Shown here one piece after another: positions 38,544 through 50,758 of a stretch of 64,000 bases of DNA. The notes under the pieces are model-generated. The model was not told the DNA's origin and made no database searches. It saw only the letters and a list, made by a program, of their open reading frames with translations. Source of the DNA: Camelus dromedarius (taxonomy: Eukaryota); NCBI RefSeq assembly GCF_036321535.1, contig NC_087436.1, forward strand, positions 109,680,001 to 109,744,000. The letters are read 5' to 3'. The position numbers and the translations under genes were made by a program. Position 1 is the first letter of the stretch, and the number at the start of each line of letters is the position of its first letter.

Positions 38544-39184
38544 TGATGCTGGAAAACAAATGTGGGGCATGAGGAGGGCCGTGTCCCAGGTCTTGGTGGA
38601 GCCCCTGGGACGTGCCCTGCAAAGTGTGGGTCCTTGGCTTCCGCAGGAAAGAATTCGAGTGCGAGCCACAGTTGAGTAAAGGTAGATTTATTTAGAGAGA
38701 TACGTACTGCATAGAGTGTAAGGCAAGAGAAAGACAAGGAAAGAGGTGGGAATCAGGTGCTCAGGTTAAAGTAAAAGTAGGTACACACTCCATAGACAGA
38801 GTCCGAGCCGTCTCCGAAAATAAGGGAGCGAAAAAGGGCAGCTAGGTGTGGTGGTGTCAGTTTTTATGGGCTCTGTAGCTTCACGTGCTTACAGGTGGGA
38901 CCATTCCAACTGCCCTGGGGAAGGGGCTGGGATTCCCAGGAATCTGACCACTGCCCACTCTTTGACCTTTTGTGGTTAGCCATGGGGCTGTCATGATGCC
39001 TGCGGGCATGTTATTGATCATGCTGTTACAATAAGCATATAATGAAGCTCAAGGTCTACTAGAAGTCAAACCTCCCGGCATCTTAATCTTCAGGGCCAAC
39101 TGGCAGTTGAATTTTCCACCATTTTGGTGTTAATTGCTGTCATTCCTTGAATGGCTGTGCCCTGCCCCCTTCCATCCTGTCTCA
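38544..39184 (-). mobile_element. MER41-like ERV1 solo LTR (641 bp), related subfamily, opposite orientation
   Basis: TG...CA ends and 4-bp TSD atag (38540-38543 / 39185-39188). Minus strand begins tgagacaggatggaagggggcagggcacagccattcaaggaat, homologous to the neighbour's tgagataggagggaagggggcaagacacaaccattgaaggaat. Minus-strand AATAAA at 38687-38692. Confidence 0.88.
38933..38942. promoter_or_regulatory. TTC-N4-GAA motif TTCCCAGGAA (STAT6-type) within the second LTR
   Basis: Exact N4 match at the position homologous to 38073-38081; function untested. Confidence 0.35.
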
Positions 39185-40019
39185 ATAGGAGGTGGAGATT
39201 GAATTTGGACAAAGCAGTCCGTTTGCAGCTTGAGTTCTTAATCACTCCATTTTCTGCCCTTTTCTCACTCCCAAAGAATGGTGAAGACCAGGGAAAAGAA
39301 TAAAATCTTGAATTTATTGAAATTTTACTGTGCAGTTATCTCTCTGCGTTTGACACTTTTATACTCATTATGGTTTAATCCTGAGAAATTTGTGGAATAA
39401 AGAGTAGAGTCTCCCGTTTAGACCATACCAGTCCTTTACTGACCTTGACTTCTTTATGTCCCAAGTAGCAGTAAGAGCAGAGCACAGCTGTGTACTCTGA
39501 TTTAAGTCTTAAAACCACAACATGACCGACTGTGTCATACTCTATGTGATTGGATAACAAGAAAAACAGAAGCACTAACACACTCTGTGGCTATAAGTTC
39601 AACAAACCAAGTTAGCAACTAGGGTGGGGTGAGTGCAAGTTTGCGCAGGGCTTTGTTGTTCACGGCATGTAAAAAGGTAAAGATTGTACAGAGCTCTGGG
39701 CCCCCTTCTGTCTGATACCTCCCCCTCCGCTTTTCCTACTGCTTCTCCAGCCCTGATGGGGAACTCAACCTCTATCCGGACTGGCGCTCTGAGAGACTGT
39801 GAAGTAGATGAAGCAAGATACCCAAAGTGAACGGCAGGTTCCTTTTCTCCAGTTTTTGCTACTATGTGTTTAGTCTTTTTCTGCCATTTCCTGAAATGAG
39901 AAACCTCCTTCATTTAGGAGATCCGAGCATGTGTCATGTTACTCACACAGATCCAAAAATGCTATTTGTATCTCTGATTAGAAACACCACTTCCAGCTAG
40001 AAGGGTTTAGTATAGTCTA

Positions 40020-40325
40020 CATAGTTTAATGGTAAAGATAAAAGTGATAAAAAAGAGCTGCAGTCTGAAGTCAGAGCTGCTACGTATCAGCTCTCCTCCT
40101 TGCTAGCTGAGTGTGCAGTCCTGAGTGCTGTACACACACACGAACACACGCATCTGTTTAAACACACACCTATCTATCATCAACCACCCATTTTAAACCC
40201 TGTGTATCAGTTTCCTCCTCTGTACAACCATATGGTTGCTTTAAGGCATCAGTGAATTAATTCATGCAAAACGCTCACACTGCTGCCTGCCTGCACTGAA
40301 TAAAGGTAGCTATTATTATTTTTGC
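40020..40325 (+). mobile_element. MIR with an internal (CA)-rich insertion
   Basis: agagctgcagtctgaagtcagagctgc...ttgctagctgagtgtg...ttttaaaccctgtgtatcagtttcctcctctgtacaa...ttcatgcaaaacgctcacactgctgcctg. Confidence 0.65.
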
Positions 40326-42521
40326 CAGTGTTACTGTTATTTTATTACTATTTACAATACACCAAATGATGAATTATGGTCCCTAATAACATAAACTTTA
40401 CAGTCCTTTGTTTAACAAATCCCTCCTTACACAAATATCTTGGTTAAATAATGTGACTTTTCATCTCTAAATGGAATTCCTTGCAATCCAACACCCAACT
40501 CCTCTCATCTGTAGGGCTTTGCAAATTTCACTCTGCATAGATTCATCTATTTATTCCTGAGTTATAACCCCCTGAAATTTGTATTTTCCTTTGTCTACTC
40601 ATGAAGGTAAGTCCCTCCAATTGTTAGAACACCTGCTAAGCTATACTAAAGAGACCCTTTGCTGGTAGCATTGTGTGGCAGGAACCGTCACTGCTCTTGT
40701 AAATGCCCCGTCTCCATTTCTCCATCCATCTACACACAAAAGATTGAAGTCATGCTACATATAGTTTTATAACCCTCTGAAGAAAAAGTAACGTTAATAT
40801 TACATAGTGAATACTCTTACTTTATTTTATTTATATATATCTTACTTTATTTTTGAGCATACGATTTGTATTAGCTATGCAGTGTCCCACTACATGAACC
40901 TCAGAATCATTTGGTGGGTTTCTATGTGGATACTTAAGTGGATCACAATTTTTCTTTCTTATTACTAATGTAATGAATAATTTTGTGTATGATCCATTTT
41001 GGCTCAGTTCATCAAAGGATATGCAGTATTTTAAGGCTCTTAATCTATAACAGCATAATTATAAAAATATGTGTTTAATAAATATTTGTTATTTTTACTT
41101 TGCCCTGTTTCCTCCTTGCATATGTATCCTGGCTTTTTAAGGGGCCTAATTATAAACCAGCAAATTATCAAATTATCCTCAAACAGGGTTAAAAAGATGG
41201 GTCCTCAAAGGGCCATCTTAAAGGTATTTTGGAAATTATCTTGATTTCTGACTTAATTTGCTATAGGTTACCTGAAACTAGGGAATAAAGAAATAGAGTA
41301 AGTTTAATTAACAGAGAGGTATTTCTCATAATATTACAAAGTATGTTGAAATAAACAACTTCATTTTAGTAATTCTAATACATTGAAGGTTCCCTTTAAC
41401 TTTAATAAATTAGTCTTTCACTATAGGTAGGTAGTTTAGGATTCTGTTCCCTCGTCTGACATGTGTTTTGAGGTACATTTTGTCTTGTTTCAGGCTGGAT
41501 TCTGAGAAAAGCTTACATAGTCACATACATTTAGGGAACCCTCAAATGAATTTTAACTACTCATTATAGATCCATAACAAGACAGTATAACCACCAGTTG
41601 TCTGGGCGGCCATTAAACCCACTTGATCTTACGCCAGATGTTTCCTGTATCCCATGAAACAAACTCTCGGAGAAGAGTGAATTCCCAAAGATCTTCCTGT
41701 GTTTAAAATGTAGGTGCTAAACATACACCATCAGAGAAAAAGTAGAAATCAAAGTTCTGTTCCTCATCTCGATTGCCCCCCGCCAATGTACCTCCTTGCC
41801 AGATGTCGGATGGATTACTGATTATTATGATGGCTTTTCAAAGACTCCCTTCCTCTTCCGCTTTCCGTAAACTCCAATAGACTTCCTTTCTCTTTATCCC
41901 TCTTAGCTGCTTGTATGACATTTTGAATCGGGCTTCGAGACATTAAAAGATGACCCCTTTACTTCCCCTTCTGCCTTCCTCCATGCCCAACTGCTTGTGG
42001 AGGGACCTGAAGGAGGAGAGATAAAAGGCTGATAATCAGGTTGTCTTCTTGTCTTTGTCTAAGTCCCATCAACATCCCCAAGCCTGAGAAAACACGATCC
42101 TGGCCTGAGACACAAAGATTTTCCCTTCCTCTGTCTGGAAGCCACAAAACCCACACCCATTTCCTCTCCAGGCACAATCATCTCATTTTCAAACCTCATA
42201 CTGCTCTGGGAAACGGCATATCAGATTTTTGGAAACGCCAAACTTTCAGGGTTAGATTTTGGTGGATGGCCAATGACTTCTCTTTTTCTCTTTAGTTTTT
42301 CTTTCACCCACAACAGGAGAAGCACTTTTTATACCTCTTAACATCACAGACTACATCGTTCATTTATCTTCTCCTCCATTCCAAGAGCCGCTTTATATAT
42401 TATTAGAGTTCGCTTTAAAACATGATAATTCAAATCAAAATTTTATCAATATAGTAACTGACTATACTTCAAATTAAAAAAATCATCAATATAATTTTTC
42501 TCAAGGTAGAGTTTTGCAATA

Positions 42522-42880
42522 TGTTATAGACTGAATCTTTGTTGTCTCCCCAGATTTTTATGCTCACATTCTAGCCCCCAGTGTGATGATGTTAGGAGGT
42601 GGGGCCTTTGAGAATTGATTAGGTCATGAGGCCAGACCGCTCATGAATGAGGTTAGTGCCCTTTTTGAAAGAGACCCCAGGGAGAGCCCACACCCTTCTG
42701 CCACATGAGGACACAGTGAGAAGGTGGTTGTCTATGAACCAGGAAGCAGGCTCTCACCAGCGACCGCATTTTCCAGCACTTCGATCTGGGACTTTCCAGC
42801 CTCCAGAACAATAAGAAATAAATGTCAAAGCCAGACGGTCTTTTGTATTTCTGTTATAGCATGCCAGACAGACTAAGAAA
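42522..42880 (+). mobile_element. MaLR solo LTR (MLT1A0-like)
   Basis: tgttatagactgaat...cccccagtgtgatgatgttaggaggtggggcctttgagaattgattaggtcatgag...ccacatgaggacacagtgagaagg..tctatgaaccaggaagcaggctctcacca...cagcctccagaac..agaaataaat. Confidence 0.9.
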
Positions 42881-44899
42881 GTGTGTGGTAGGCTTCAAGC
42901 TGTGGAACAATAACCTGCATCCTGAGTAGTGAAGGTGATGTCATTCCCCTTGTAGCATTAGGCTGTCCTCAGTAGCAACTTACTATACTATTCAAATTTT
43001 TATTATTTCAATTTATTTGATCTCTTGGTTTCACTTTTTAAAAATACATTTTTGTGTTGTTCTAAAGCATTGTGGTGGCATCAAGAAAACAGGCAGGGCA
43101 CAGAGTCTCTTCAAAATATAGAAATATGAGTTATCGGGTATATAGAATTTAAAACTTTATTCTTAACCCCAACATTATTTTTTTCTCTTAAGTAGATTAA
43201 GATGCAGCTGGTTTCTAACAGAAGGAAGAGCAGGGCTGGTGGTGAAAGAACATGACTGTGTGACAGGACACTCATCAGGGCTCAGAGGCTGGGGGGCTCA
43301 TCACACATACTGATCAAGAGGACAATATAGTAAATACTTGGGACTCTTTAAAGCATTGTCTGAAGAGCTGTGATAGTCTCCCTCAGCATTCTTCTACTGT
43401 CAGGGAGACAGAGCTGAGCCAGTGAAGCCATCATTTGATTGGGCTGATCAATGTAGGCAGGCATTCTAGCTGACTGGCTCTAGCTTCCCAAAGACTACGC
43501 CCAGGTTTGATGCTTTTACTGATGAACTTAAACAGGAAACATTCATTTCTTCAATTTGCTTTTGACCTTGGCTTTATAATACAAGGTTCTTTCAGCAATT
43601 GGAGTAAATTCAGTTCAAGGATTTTTACTTACCTTCCTAGTATTATTTTTTATCACTTACCAGCTATGTTCTCCTACCAATTACTTGAAAGTCTGTTCAC
43701 ACACACGGGGTTTTCTCCCACTCTGTTTGGTTACAGATGCCATCATATCTGTAAGCACTATCCTTTCTTTGTTTATTTTCACAGAATCTCTTCCTACCCT
43801 GAGAAGGTGAGGAAAAGAATCCTTTATTTGAAATAGTCAAATAGATAATATTTGGGACCACAGTGCTTTTGTCTCTGTGGATTCACTTCATAGAGGCAGT
43901 GGTATGTGAATCACGAAATAATCCACTGGCTACGCCTTCCTAACTGAGCCCTGTTTGCTGGCTGATGTAAAATGTCACTGAGGTTGGTTCAGTTTTAACT
44001 TGTTCAGGTAACTGAGTTTCCAATACTTCCCATGAGAGATTAATCTCTGTGCTCAGTGACTTACTGATTTACCTGGCAAAAAAAAAAAAAAAAAAAATTG
44101 TCATTGTGTATGTGTTTTCTGTATACATGGATCACCTTTTTAAAATGTATTCCCTCTATGATATAAAAATCATGTGAAATGATTTAGGTGGTTCCCATTC
44201 TCCTCCCTCATTGAGTTATAGGCCATATACACTTGTCTCTGTTTCTCTACTTGAAAGCCAATTCCTAAAGCTATTCACTTTGAGTTTTGAGTTCTCTCTG
44301 ATATAAGAACACATTTCTCTAAGAAATACTCTTTCCTTTAATTGAAATACTCCATACTGACAACAGGCCCTAAGTCTGCCGTGGTTTGCTGCTGGTAGAG
44401 ACCAGTAGATTATATTTTACCCTTTAGTGGATACACAAATTATTTTCTTCTAATCTCGTGGAATTCGAAATCTATGAGGAACTCGGTGAGCAGCCAGCCC
44501 AGTAGTAAGAATTTGGATGTAGAAATAAATAAAATGTGCTATTTGAGAAGGAAAACTCTAGCTTTTAAATTAACTGCTTGTCACTAATGTTCTTTTGAAG
44601 ATTTTCTGAATTAAATATTTTGATCAAATAATATTGCGATCTAGACCATTATTAGCTCAAGGTAGAGGGTCTTAGGTTCAGTTATATTTTAACTCCAGAA
44701 TAGATTCTAAAATCAAAGTTTAGAGTGAAAAATCAATCCAAAATTTCAATTGAAAATATCAAATACCTACAAAGTGTGAACAGTATTAGTGATCAGGAAA
44801 ATGGCATGGAGATATTTGTTATAGGTTGGTGAAAACGCATTGATTGTATCTATTCTATGATGGCTGTACATTGCAGTCAACACTCTTGAATGACATTCA

Positions 44900-45248
44900 G
44901 CCAAGAACACATAGTGGAGTTTGTGCAAGTTAAATAGGCATATTATATTACATAACCATACTTATTTTGTAACCCACATGGCAATCAGCACAGGCAGAAG
45001 GTTTTAAAGCCAGGGCACAGAGGAACGCATTCTCTTCTTATTGTGTCAGTGTTATTGTAGCAATGAATAAAGAAAGATGAATTTTCTGTTGATCTTGGTC
45101 TTTGGGTGACTACAATGTGAAGGGACTCCCTGCTAACTGACGTTGGTTGGTTCTTCAGCATGAGTGAAAAATACATTGTGGGTTAAACCACTGATTCCTG
45201 AGGTTTGCTTGTTATTTCGGCAACACATGGCATATCCTCATGGATACA
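44900..45248 (+). mobile_element. Old MaLR LTR (MLT1J-like)
   Basis: ttctgttgatcttggtctttgggtgactacaatgtgaagggactccctgctaactg...cagcatgagtgaaaaatacattgtgggttaaaccactgattcctgaggtttgcttgttatttcggca...ggataca. Confidence 0.7.
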
Positions 45249-45259
45249 ATGCTCTTTTA

Positions 45260-46045
45260 AGTATTTTCTTTCTCCTCAAACTTTAAACACTTCCACTCTA
45301 CTTCCTCAGCCCGGAAGACAACCTGCTTCTTACTCCACTGAGAAAATAGCTCTTAGAAGATTACATATTTATCCTTCCACCAATGCTACAAACCCACTTT
45401 TACAAGTGCTCACATAGGCTATATTAGTTTCCATTAGAAGAGCATCCACTACATGTGTAGGCAAGAACTGTCCTGTCATGTCATCTGACCTATCCAGACC
45501 TTGTTATCCTTAAACTGATTCTTTATCCCTCTTTCAACACCAAATTCACCCTCTCTATTAGATTGTTCCTCTCCATATATACATGTGCTATAATATCGTC
45601 TATTTTTAAGAATTTTTCCAGATCAGCTGTCTCTCCAGGCATATCTTCATCTCTCAGTGCATTTTATATATAAACTTCACATAGCATTTTCCTGTGCTGG
45701 CTTCCTTCAATTTCTTACCTCCAATTTTCTTCTGTTATTCCTTAATTCCCATCAGTCTGCTAAATCAACAAAATTTCCGATTACTACCAGCTTGCCAAAT
45801 CCAGTGGTCAACTCTCATTTCTTTTCTTAATCAATCTCTCAAACTAACACAAAACATTGTTGATAAAGCTTTTCATCTTGAATTGCTCTTTAATTAGCTC
45901 TAAAATACCCTTGAGAGAAGATCACCCCTAACTTACAATGCCTTCTCTTATTCTTGACCTCTAAGTAGCGTAATGCCCCATGGTGAGACAGAGTACCTAG
46001 CACACAGTAGGTGTTTACTAACATTTTTTAGAATTAATGAATGAA
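45260..46045 (+). mobile_element. L2 ORF2 and 3' fragments
   Basis: Pyrimidine-rich L2-like text (cctgcttcttactccactgagaaaatag; ttgccaaatccagtggtcaactctc), then terminus tacctagcacacagtaggtgtttactaacatttttagaattaatgaatgaa. Confidence 0.7.
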
Positions 46046-46599
46046 GAATATTTAATATTAGTCTTTTGCTCTTCAAATAGCAAATTTTTATTATATCTTA
46101 ATAGCTGCTAAGCTTGTCAGAGCATGTTTTACCTACTGAAGGAAAGGTGTCATATATACTTTAAACTACAGTATGATTAAAATATTTGTCAACCATAATG
46201 TAATCAGTAATTTTCTTATTCATCTTCATTCAACACATTTTAAGCTCTTCAAGTATCTCATTTTTTGTGCATCTGTGCCCATTATCTAGTATGAGGTCTG
46301 GATAAATAAGTTACTGAATAAATTAATAAATATTTTAATTTAAATTATGTTGAGTTTTAGAGTCATGTTTTAAATCTCATGTCATTTTCACATCAACTGC
46401 TATTGAACCATAATTTCTAGCTCCACTATTTGAGGGGTTATTTAATGATCCTAGGTACAAAAGCTTATATTTTCCTGATGTTTAATTTTATCTGACAAAT
46501 TTTAGGTTATTTTTCTAGCCAGAATCTTTTTAGGCTCTCAATTATCTGTTGCAAGGTATCAGTTATCTAATATCTAATTCATCTTTACTTTTATCAAAG

Positions 46600-46835
46600 A
46601 GAACCACACTCTCCCCCATCATATTTCTGCAACTATCTCTTTGGCCATAATTAGCCCACATAGCCTCCTCTAACTTCAAGGGAGGCTGGACATATCAGGC
46701 AAAGGGAATGGAGTTGTTCTGACTGACTTAAATAGATCATGCTTTCATCTTTGGGACTGGCCATGTTACAACCCAAACAAACCAGGATTCTGCTAGCAAG
46801 CCTGCTTGAGTTGGCACCTGGCAATGTCTGCTACC
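46600..46835 (-). mobile_element. Old MaLR LTR (MLT1K/L-like)
   Basis: cttggccataattagcccacatagcctcctctaacttcaagggaggctgg...ggcaaagggaatggagttgttctgactgactt...aaaccaggattctgctagcaag. Confidence 0.6.
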
Positions 46836-47569
46836 CTTGCCATCCTTTTCTTCCCATTCTTAAGGGTACTTTCTTACCTGAGTAAGTCGCAGCACTCTCA
46901 TTGGAGTTACTGCAGAAGCACTCTCTATCTACTTTCTGAAGGCCAGTTTATCTTGCCACCAATCAATCCCCCCTTATTTGTGCCATAATGGCCTCTTTTT
47001 TTTAACCCACCCCAATAGTCATGCTGTTGTCTGTCTGCGTATACAACTCTTACATCATATTCAGCTTCATCCTTCCTCGGTATATGGCGTATGGAGGATG
47101 ATCAATAAACATTTCTGCAACAAATGAATGGTTGGTTACATGGTTTTCAGAAAACGTTTCTGAAATGCTGTATTTATCACAGCATTTCCCTGTTCGAATC
47201 CCCCAGTGCCACCCTTTTCTCTGTTGTAAGAAAGACAAATGGCCAGCTACCTTTCAGGGTATCTAAAACACAGACATATTTATCTTCAATTCTTACTGCT
47301 CTTCAATAAGCCCCCTGAGATTTATTCCCCTGCCGGCCTTCTCACAGTCCCATATAAACTATTCTATTTAATGGCATTTCATATGTGAAAGTGATTTATG
47401 CATTATAAAATGATATAAAACAGGAGTGAGTAGTTTGAGTAGCTTCACCTCCACATGCATACGTGTATTTCAGTCACCTGAAAATACGTTTCTTTTCTGC
47501 TCCCTTTTCCCCAAATCTTTGTCTGCTGACCCTTCTATTGCTGACCCCATCAGTGACCCATCCATATTC

Positions 47570-48035
47570 TCACAGCACTCCTCTTCACACACTAAAGGCT
47601 GATATTTTTAACATCTGGAAATCTCTACCAAAAGAACACATTTTTTTTCTGGCTGAGGGAGAAAATTCCACTTGTGTATAGGCAACCAAGAGTGCTGAAG
47701 AGTTAATGCCTCTCAGAACAGACCTTGGCTAATAACAGATGGGGAATTTGTGTATAAACTTCTCAACTCCTCAACCCTCAGTTGAGGTAACTGGGAGATA
47801 TTCTGGGCAGTCTTCCAGACTACCCAATGGGATTGAACCAGTTGTCCACAGTAGTAACTTGTTAATTTGCCATGTATTGAGTGGTTATCACTTTTTCACT
47901 CTACCTATCTCCCTTTCCCCACCTCATTTTCCCATTTCTCCATCATACTTTCTAGAATCTGCTCTCAAATAAACCCATGGAGGTTAACTCCTTGTCTCAG
48001 TGTCTTCACTTCAGCTTCCAAAGGAACCAGACTAA
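47570..48035 (+). mobile_element. ERVL LTR16-like solo LTR
   Basis: gggattgaaccagttgtccacagtagtaacttgttaat...ctatctccctttccccac...tctcaaataaacccatg...tccttgtctcagtgtct...ggaaccagactaa matches the LTR16 3' half. Confidence 0.7.
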
Positions 48036-48499
48036 TCTACCAGGCAACTCTGCACTAATAGCCAGACCAACATCCCTCTCTTGGGTGATCCCCTTCATGT
48101 GACTTTCATGGATATTTAGGCTAGTATTCACTTCCTCTTCTACTTCCTGTTTTTGATGATCACTTGTTTTTTTTTTTCCTTCCAAATAGTTTAGCACCTG
48201 ATTACACCCTCTTAGAAGATTCTCAAAATGTTGCTTATACCCTTGTTTTTTCTTTTCAATAAAATCCCAAGCTTCTCAAAGGAAGTTGCTGTGTCTTATG
48301 AAAATTCTCTATATCCTCAAACCACCTTACGTAGACCTGCCACTGTAGAGATACATCATGGGTGCTCTCTGTTTGGTTAATTGGCTATTGCAAGTTCATG
48401 ATATATTTTGAAGTTCTAATAATTCAAAAGAATTCAGACTTTCATACAAAAGCTACCATTTCTAATGGGGGCAGCTCATTGATGTTTTCAAATTATATC

Positions 48500-48625
48500 T
48501 GAGTTTGGATGCTGACATTGACAACTAATTATTGGGTGATGACTTTGGAAATGTCACTTAACTTCTCTAAGCCTCAGTTTCTGCATTGAATAAATGGAGC
48601 TGATTATCTCTACCACATAGAATGA
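48500..48625 (+). mobile_element. MIR fragment
   Basis: tgactttggaaatgtcacttaacttctctaagcctcagtttctgcattgaataaatggag. Confidence 0.8.
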
Positions 48626-50194
48626 TCATGCCATCAGAGCACACATTAAAAGTCAAGATGGATAGACATGGCAGTTGATGGGAAGACAGACCACAGCATT
48701 GTTAGACTTGGGTGGTACAAACAAGGCAGTCAGCGTAATCATCAACATTACAGAGTTATGTAAACAATAGGTCATTGAAACTATCCCACCAAGAGTGGAG
48801 TCCTTGACCAAATTAAGAAGTCCAAAAATTCTTTTCAAAATTGGTAATCAAAGGAGAAATGTTATTCTGAGAGGAGTTTTGGCAAGCAGCACAATAAGAA
48901 AGCTTAGTTTAGAGGCACAGAGGGCAGGAGAAACAGAGCAAGAGCAGCCATGGTGGGAGAGAAAGATTATGATGAGTATAATAAGGTCTTAATCTGTCTT
49001 AATCAGTCTCTGGGCAAAGCCTGAGTCTGAGAGTGCACCCAGCTAACTGGGAAGTCTAGCTCTGGGAAGAGAAACAAAGACAGGGAAGAGAATCAGCACT
49101 GGGACCATTACTCTGCTTTCAGCCACCTGTCCTAGAATGAGGAGAAATGGGTACATGAACAAGACCATACATGATTAATGATGTGTGTGAATGATTAAAA
49201 ACATGCTACATGAAGTTTCAAAAATAATTACCCCCTAGGAGGCTTTGCTTCATATCTCTTTTTGCTGTATGTTTTTGCCCATTTATTTTACAAATACTTA
49301 AAGACCCATTTCAAGGAAAATAGATGACTGAATTCATTATACTCAGAATCTACTATCTCAAAGAAACTTCTGATTGTTTTGTTTGTTCTTGACTAATTCT
49401 TTAAGGTCACTGTTTAGAGTCCCTGTTGTCACCTAGGGAGACATAGCCTTCTTCTTAAAAATCTATAGGGATCGTCTCTTTTACCACTTTTCTACAGTTA
49501 TTATGAGAAATTCCTTAGTGTCTCATTGATGCTAAGCATAAAAATTATGTTATTCCAAATACAGAAATGCAATAAATATATTCTGATGATGCTGGCACAT
49601 GTTGATTGGTGGATACCCATCAATAGAAAATTAAATGAACATTTATGGTTGAAATCCCTTTTTCTTAATAGTTATCTTGAAAACCACCTTCCAACTGAGC
49701 ACTATTTGTGAGTTATTACAATGCTTTCTGTTAATTCGTTGCTCAGAAAAATTTATATGGGTAATTCTCTACAAAGGGACATCTGCTTTCTTTGTATTCT
49801 GTTGGAGCTAAATTCTGATGACCTTCAGGGCCAGTAAGTTTCTGATAAATGGTGGGTGAGATGGGAGGGGACTTTAATTGCATGTCTGGAGGAGGACTGC
49901 TGGATTACATTAGTGAATATATTCGTATTTTATGGAAATGTAAAAATATCCAAATGATTCAGCTCACAAGACTAACAAAAACAAATTTTCCCTTTGAAAA
50001 TCACCCTGGTCATTTGTGTTATTAGAGTCAGTTGACTCCTATGCTCTTTGAAACAAACTGTTACAAAACATTTTGCAAAAGACCTGTGAGTGCAGGATAA
50101 TGTTAACTTACAATTAAACTCTGACAGAGCCAAGGAGGAAAAATACATCTTTCAAATGAAGAATCTTGGATCTATTTAACATTGATACTTTCCC

Positions 50195-50525
50195 TTACCC
50201 AGTCAAATACTTATTGTACCCTGCTATGTACCTGACATACCTTAAGACAAGTGAGATATATAGAAGTGAATGAGATGCAGAATCTGGCCTCAAAATACTC
50301 AGAGCTATTTCAGGACACAGATATATAATAATTATAATACTGTGAGATAAGTGCATTGCAAGAAATGATAGGAGTGATCAATGCTGGGCTATGGGAGTTA
50401 AGATAGATTTTGATAAGTCTTTTCAGCTAAGGTGACACTTGGGCTGTGTGTTAAAGGATGATTAAGGTTCTACGGGTCAAAAAGATGACATAAAGGACAA
50501 TCCAGACAGAAGACACAGAAAGCAT
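50195..50525 (-). mobile_element. L2 fragment
   Basis: agtcaaatacttattgtaccctgctatgtacctgacatac...tggcctcaaaatactcagagcta...tataatactgtgagataagtgc...aaggtgacacttgggctgtgtgttaaaggatga. Confidence 0.75.
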
Positions 50526-50533
50526 AATTAAAG

Positions 50534-50758
50534 GATGGCTCAGGAAACTTAATTTCTGAAAAGAACCAGATAATGAACACTTTAGGCTTTATGAGCCACA
50601 CAGCTTGCATCTGTTGCAACAATTCAATTCTTCTATTGTAGCAGGTAGGCAGCTGTAGGAAATTCAAACGAGTGTAACTGCTCTCACTAAGACTACACGT
50701 AAAAACAAACAGGCCGTGGGCTGGATGTGGTTCAAGGACTGTAGTTTGCTGACCACTG
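50534..50758. mobile_element. MER58A hAT-Charlie DNA transposon
   Basis: aaccagataatgaacactttaggctttatgagccacacag..tctgttgcaacaattcaattcttctattgtagc...aaacaggccgtgggctggatgtgg..tgtagtttgctgaccactg. Confidence 0.88.

Larger units (their letters stand above)
37765..39255 (-). mobile_element. Single MIR split into three pieces by two LTR insertions
   Basis: Pieces 37765-37877 (gagcatttactatgtgctgaatacc..ctaagtactttacgtgg), 38473-38543 (tatccccatttcatagaccagacgcacagagagg) and 39185-39255 (ggagattgaatttggacaaagcagtc..gagttcttaatcact) are collinear with the reverse MIR consensus. Confidence 0.75.

Noticed and set aside
37878..39184. Remnant provirus bounded by two LTRs
   Set aside because: The LTRs are in opposite orientations with different TSDs, and only MIR sequence lies between them; there is no PBS, gag or pol
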